A stretch of DNA of 35,586 nt from Phoronis australis (taxonomy: Eukaryota > Animalia > Phoronida), in contig NMRA01000575.1 of the NCBI GenBank assembly GCA_002633005.1, positions 232,532 through 268,117 of the forward strand, written 5' to 3'. Positions 33,401-35,586 of the stretch are shown piece by piece. Positions within the stretch are counted from its first letter, which is position 1; each line of letters begins with the position of its first letter. The position numbers were made by a program, and so were the translations under genes. The notes below the pieces were generated by a model. That model saw only the letters and a program-made list of their open reading frames with translations. It was not told where the DNA came from and searched no databases.

Positions 33401-34637
33401 GATCTGTCTGAGCAACCCTCTATTCGATGATATCGCAAGTGATTAAATTTCATTTTTTACATTTGCAGTGCTGGCGTGGGTCGAACTGGCACTTTCATCA
33501 TGATGGACATTCTGTCCGATCAAGCAGACGCGGAGGGTGCTGTTGACGTTTTAGGCCAACTCGGACAACTTCGCCAGCAGCGAGTCAACATGGTGCAAAC
33601 TCTGGTATGAATACTTTAAAATATGTGTACACAAATGTGAACTGCACTTTGGATAATCCAAATGAACGATGCCAAACTGGCGACAATGAAATATGAAAAG
33701 GACGGTGATAGGAATTACTCAAATTTTTATGTCAAACAAAATGTCTGAAGTTTTTGCATATTTTTATCGAAACGGGTTGTATTTGTGCTTTGGAAAAAAA
33801 CGATTCGATTGACAATTGGTTCTGTTCCCATTGCGTGGTGACATGATAGTTTTTCTTTGCTTTCAAAACAGTCACCGCATGCCAGTTAAAACGGGTCGGG
33901 TTCTTTTTTAGCATCGCCATCTGATGCCAGTTATTGAGCAAACATTGAAACAGTAGAGCTCTTTTTCATTTAATGCAGCCACCGTAAGCATAACAAGATC
34001 CTGTTTATTTTAGTGGTTCCTAGCTATTGAGAACGAGGTGCAAATTTTGGTGATTGAGAAAGGTGTGGATTATATAATGGCAACCACTATATCCGAAATT
34101 GAACTTAGTGTGTGTTTGGAACAAAAGTTTGCACACCTTTATTTTAAGTACGCTTGTCACTGTTTTAAGGATCAATACAAGTTCATATACACCGCAATGG
34201 TAGAAAAGTTACACACGGGCGACACTTTCATCCCAACAGCTGAGTTTCAGTCTCGTCTGCAGGAAATCATGTCCAACAAAACAACTTTGAAGAAAGAGCT
34301 CCAAGTGAGTATTTTCTGTAAACAACGGTCCGCTGCACACACTTTGCGGCAAATGTGTATCTAATACCTGTCAAACTATCATCAAAAAAGTTGCCAGTAA
34401 GTCCATCGATGAGATTTTTATAAATAATAAATTCTCCCGTGGTGGGAGTGATGCTTAGTGCGTAGTACTTAGTAAAGCCAAATGTACTTAATTCATTACT
34501 TATTTGTTATAATCTCGGTCATTGGCTCTCATTGTAGACTCTAAATCGACTGTGCCTGGCTGCAGACGCCGAGGAGTATGCCGCTGGGAAACTGAAAGAA
34601 AACTCTTCCAAGAATAGAGATCCAAACATTCTACCAC
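152..34637 (+). CDS. Receptor-type protein tyrosine phosphatase with Tie-like ectodomain (Ig1-kringle-Ig2-EGFx3-FN3x6-juxtamembrane domain-TM-PTP D1-D2 start); 29 exons, partial at both ends
   Basis: 29 exons bounded by AG/GT splice into one open frame of 1564 codons. PTP motifs [36 protein letters not shown] and MVQT..QY are present, as are a TM helix and kringle, EGF and FN3 signatures. No clear one-to-one orthologue, so no symbol. Confidence 0.93.
1540..1612 (+). repeat. Solo arm of the same repeat family as 20308-20449
   Basis: CCTCGGGATTTTTGACGAAATTTCCAAAAGGTTTTGCCCATGTCATGAACTTGAGAC aligns directly with 20381-20436. Confidence 0.6.
4358..8588 (+). mobile_element. Academ (AcademX-type) DNA transposon, 4231 bp, decayed
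   Basis: TAGTCC...GGACTA termini; imperfect TIRs of about 133 bp (4358-4490, 8454-8588); exact 3-bp TSD CCT (4355-4357, 8589-8591); internal transposase-XPG remnant. Confidence 0.88.
5790..7890 (+). pseudogene. Frameshifted Academ transposase / XPG-like nuclease / Cys-rich finger remnant
   Basis: Fragments in shifting frames: LYIDFL..L..YFFVLD....IWVPLHI..M; AIAIDQ; HENHSWS; [13 protein letters not shown]; CDHDEADTR; DTDVVV; [16 protein letters not shown]; PSPEGFGW; LIKCGCK. Several stops and frameshifts; the 5' boundary is uncertain. Confidence 0.82.
9493..9726 (+). CDS. Exon: kringle domain, phase 1-1
   Basis: [13 protein letters not shown]...[12 protein letters not shown]...ENYCRN...PWCYT...[10 protein letters not shown] with all six kringle cysteines; ttctag acceptor, AAG|GTGAAT donor; 234 nt. 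Confidence 0.92.
10302..10957. mobile_element. Non-autonomous Kolobok-like TTAA element with long imperfect TIRs
   Basis: Left end (TTCA)GGAAGTTATGAAACTTGTTTA...CAAATATCTCAAATTATGTTAG...AAGTATATATTTTCTGAA is the inverse of the right end TTCAGAAAATATGTACTT...CAAGGTTCACAGTAACC(TTAA). Confidence 0.72.
11551..11796 (+). CDS. Exon: Ig-like domain (Tie Ig2-like), phase 1-1
   Basis: [10 protein letters not shown]...LKWRKD...EGVYMV...GVFRLIVR, ending in the Tie RLIVR motif; 246 nt. Confidence 0.9.
12647..12778 (+). CDS. Exon: EGF-like repeat 1
   Basis: [44 protein letters not shown]; 132 nt, phase 1-1. Confidence 0.93.
13102..13248 (+). CDS. Exon: EGF-like repeat 2
   Basis: [49 protein letters not shown] with Tie-type DPYGCSC; 147 nt, phase 1-1. 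Confidence 0.93.
13737..14100 (-). repeat. Diverged dispersed repeat (probable CR1/L2-type LINE 3' end), copy 1
   Basis: Collinear inverse matches to 23160-23556: GCAGAGTAAAA.AAGATG, TATTATGACGTAA, AAGACTCTGCAA, CTAACAG.AAATG, CGGGATGG.GGGTGG, AGGTCTTGT. Confidence 0.6.
14291..14419 (+). CDS. Exon: EGF-like repeat 3
   Basis: [43 protein letters not shown], read by hand because this frame is not in the ORF track; ttttgcag acceptor; 129 nt. Confidence 0.9.
14649..14951 (+). CDS. Exon: FN3 domain 1
   Basis: IIVSWFPW...[12 protein letters not shown]...YQVRVRV; 303 nt, phase 1-1. Confidence 0.9.
15255..15316 (+). CDS. Exon: FN3 domain 2, N-terminal part
   Basis: [21 protein letters not shown]; tttcag acceptor, GTAAGT donor; phase 1-0. 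Confidence 0.85.
15571..15787 (+). CDS. Exon: FN3 domain 2, C-terminal part
   Basis: [16 protein letters not shown]...[10 protein letters not shown]...TSLEK; phase 0-1. Confidence 0.88.
16350..16811 (+). repeat. Tandem duplication (16350-16566 and 16567-16811)
   Basis: Two high-identity copies starting AATTTCACACAGCCCGTGTAG; the second has 29 extra bp at 16670-16698. Confidence 0.92.
17344..17652 (+). CDS. Exon: FN3 domain 3
   Basis: ISLTWTAP...[13 protein letters not shown]; 309 nt, phase 1-1. Confidence 0.92.
17946..18248 (+). CDS. Exon: FN3 domain 4
   Basis: PSEPP...FNWQRP...[23 protein letters not shown]; 303 nt, phase 1-1. Confidence 0.93.
18410..18636. mobile_element. MITE with TIRs GTTCACATGA..TCATGTGAAC and internal TACACCC/GGGTGTA repeats (PIF/Harbinger-like)
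   Basis: Terminal inverted match GTTCACATGA(C)GGTGT; repeated ACACCC/GGGTGTA motifs on both strands. Confidence 0.55.
19197..19414 (+). CDS. Exon: FN3 domain 5, N-terminal part
   Basis: APPSPKNL...[14 protein letters not shown]...[10 protein letters not shown]; phase 1-0. Confidence 0.9.
19760..19826 (+). CDS. Exon: FN3 domain 5, C-terminal part
   Basis: [22 protein letters not shown]; tttcag acceptor, GTAGGG donor; phase 0-1. Confidence 0.87.
19911..19980. repeat. 70-bp hairpin / collapsed MITE
   Basis: GTACCGGGTATTTCCAAA ... TTTGGAAATTCCCGGTAC arms with an internal palindrome TACGCCCATGGGCGTA. Confidence 0.7.
19985..20244. mobile_element. hAT-like MITE (260 bp) with 5-bp TSD CAACG
   Basis: TIRs CATGGGCGCACC and (rc) CATATGCGCACC; CAACG at both 19980-19984 and 20245-20249. 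Confidence 0.72.
20308..20449. repeat. Imperfect palindrome of about 140 bp (fold-back MITE); a related arm lies at 1540-1612
   Basis: Left arm CATGGGCAAAACTTCTGGAAAATTTTGTCAAAA is the inverse of right arm TTCGATGAAATTTCCAAGAGGTTTTGCTCATG. Confidence 0.65.
21157..21263 (+). CDS. Exon: FN3 domain 6, N-terminal part
   Basis: VPEMPENV...[20 protein letters not shown]; phase 1-0. Confidence 0.9.
21998..22172 (+). CDS. Exon: FN3 domain 6, C-terminal part
   Basis: ISWKTE...[22 protein letters not shown]...CWTSLS; phase 0-1. Confidence 0.9.
22805..22913 (+). CDS. Exon: membrane-proximal FN3-like domain, part 1
   Basis: [37 protein letters not shown]; GTAAGT donor; phase 1-2, matching the next exon. 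Confidence 0.82.
23160..23556 (+). repeat. Diverged dispersed repeat (probable CR1/L2-type LINE 3' end), copy 2
   Basis: Inverse homologue of 13737-14100; pyrimidine-rich UTR-like tract with AATAAA near 23512. The LINE assignment is tentative. Confidence 0.6.
24273..24540 (+). CDS. Exon: membrane-proximal FN3-like domain, part 2, with furin site RRKR
   Basis: FYLIVVE...SRRKRE...YIAAKL...[17 protein letters not shown]...Y, the RPTP juxtamembrane signature; phase 2-0. Confidence 0.92.
25025..25088 (+). CDS. Exon: extracellular stalk
   Basis: [21 protein letters not shown]; ttttag acceptor, AAG|GTGAGT donor; phase 0-1. Confidence 0.8.
25633..25735 (+). CDS. Exon: transmembrane helix
   Basis: [34 protein letters not shown](R); hydrophobic stretch followed by basic stop-transfer residues; phase 1-2. 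Confidence 0.9.
26573..27204. mobile_element. Probable Kolobok-like non-autonomous element
   Basis: TTAA|GG...CC|TTAA boundaries; subterminal TTCAGAAAATATATACTT shared with the 10302-10957 element; internal inverted repeat CTCAAAAACGCTGTTAGGA / TCCTAACAGCGTTTTTGAG. Left boundary uncertain. Confidence 0.55.
27582..27649 (+). CDS. Exon: cytoplasmic juxtamembrane 1
   Basis: [22 protein letters not shown]; GTAAGT donor; phase 2-1. Confidence 0.83.
28423..28607 (+). CDS. Exon: cytoplasmic juxtamembrane 2 / pre-D1 helix
   Basis: [14 protein letters not shown]...DPVYEDF...[10 protein letters not shown]...KEYE; phase 1-0. Confidence 0.85.
28979..29066 (+). CDS. Exon: PTP D1 motif 1
   Basis: SLP...[13 protein letters not shown](Y); 88 nt. 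Confidence 0.93.
29655..29768 (+). CDS. Exon: PTP D1 motifs 2-4
   Basis: YDKNRIVL...[21 protein letters not shown](G); 114 nt. Confidence 0.93.
30110..30207 (+). CDS. Exon: PTP D1 motifs 5-6
   Basis: [33 protein letters not shown]; 98 nt. Confidence 0.95.
32173..32295 (+). CDS. Exon: PTP D1 motif 7
   Basis: RKCEVYWPE...YGDILV...[10 protein letters not shown]; 123 nt, phase 0-0. Confidence 0.93.
32614..32777 (+). CDS. Exon: PTP D1 WPD loop to VHC(S)
   Basis: ...[13 protein letters not shown]...PTVVHC(S); GTAAGT donor. The acceptor could instead be an in-frame CAG ending at 32628 or 32631. Confidence 0.9.
33469..33604 (+). CDS. Exon: PTP D1 catalytic P-loop and Q-loop
   Basis: (S)[13 protein letters not shown]...[12 protein letters not shown]; 136 nt. 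Confidence 0.96.
34170..34304 (+). CDS. Exon: end of D1 and D1-D2 linker
   Basis: [16 protein letters not shown]...LKKELQ; GTGAGT donor. Confidence 0.93.
34538..34637 (+). CDS. Exon: start of PTP D2
   Basis: TLNRLC...[17 protein letters not shown], a degenerate motif 1 (KNRD) as is typical of D2 domains. Confidence 0.88.
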
Positions 34638-35586
34638 GTGGGTTTAAAGTTTTTGATACCTTTTGAGTTACAGCACGAGGAAATTTACCACTTTGAAGTG
34701 AAAACTGAAACTCAAAACTGATTTAAATTTGTTGATTTAGTTAAGCCCACCTCATAACTTTATATGTGAACATCGATCATCAACCCCGTTATACCCATCA
34801 TTAATTCAAGGAGTATTCAAGTAATAACCTGAGAAATGATTGACAAGTTATTTAGAATGGAATTTAACTGTCTAAAAGCAAATTGTGTGCTTATGCTGAA
34901 TATAATCATTGAAAATCACTGAAATTCAGACTTGTTTCTTTTAATGAGCTAATTAGCATAATTTATGCATAATTATTGACCTGTATGGTAACTTCCACCA
35001 AATTACAGACTCTTTACAACCTTCTGTACAAATTACAACCTTGAAAATTTCTTTTTACCTTTCCCACAGACTGTATGTTTTTGGATGTGTAAATGTCCTA
35101 ATTTGGGGGCTAGCCTTGCCTTAATCGTCGTTTTGCTGAATAAAGTTAGATATACATGTACTGTACGTGTACTGGCACGTCCATTGGTGACGACTTGCGC
35201 GAAAAAATGCATGCACTCAAAAATAATGAAAGTTGAACTGGTTGTTGCTTGGAATTGACATTGTTTTGTTTACATCAAAGGTCAAAGGTCATGTATGCAA
35301 GGTATATGTTCTGCCCTACCCAAAACATGCAGTGTGGAAGAAAAGTCGACGACGTGACGAACAGTTGACAGATCATTTTATGAAATTTGATATTAAAGGA
35401 AAAATGTTTTGACATCGACACAAATTCAAAATCTTCAGGAACAAACCATAAAAATACCTGGATAACAGTTTGACTTCTGCTTTAGTGGCAGAGAACCACT
35501 GTGAATAAGGCAATAGCGGAGTTGCAACGCCGCCATATTGGAAATGGGTCAGAATGTTGCATTGTGGTTAAGCTGGTAAACAAGTA

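Noticed and set aside
1-35586. Prokaryotic systems (CRISPR arrays, operons, defence islands) and rRNA/tRNA genes
   Set aside because: The sequence is a spliced metazoan locus; I saw no repeat-spacer arrays or structural RNA genes.

Overview
Intron-rich, AT-rich animal genomic DNA, most likely a marine invertebrate. Almost the whole window is one + strand gene whose ends lie outside it. I read 29 GT-AG exons (152..34637; 4692 nt, 1564 codons) with compatible phases at every junction. They encode a receptor-type protein tyrosine phosphatase with this order: Tie-like Ig1, kringle, Tie-like Ig2, three Tie-like EGF repeats, six FN3, an R2B-like membrane-proximal domain with an RRKR furin site, TM helix, juxtamembrane region, PTP D1 with intact catalytic motifs, and the start of PTP D2. 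The main point of interest is a Tie/angiopoietin-receptor-type ectodomain joined to tandem phosphatase domains instead of a kinase, with a kringle exon between Ig1 and Ig2. The introns carry many transposable elements. These include a decayed 4231-bp Academ DNA transposon (3-bp TSD) nested in a hAT-like MITE, MITEs with apparent 5-bp TSDs, Kolobok-like TTAA elements, hairpin MITEs, a tandem duplication and two inverted copies of a probable LINE tail. All comparisons to known proteins and TE families are from memory, not database searches.
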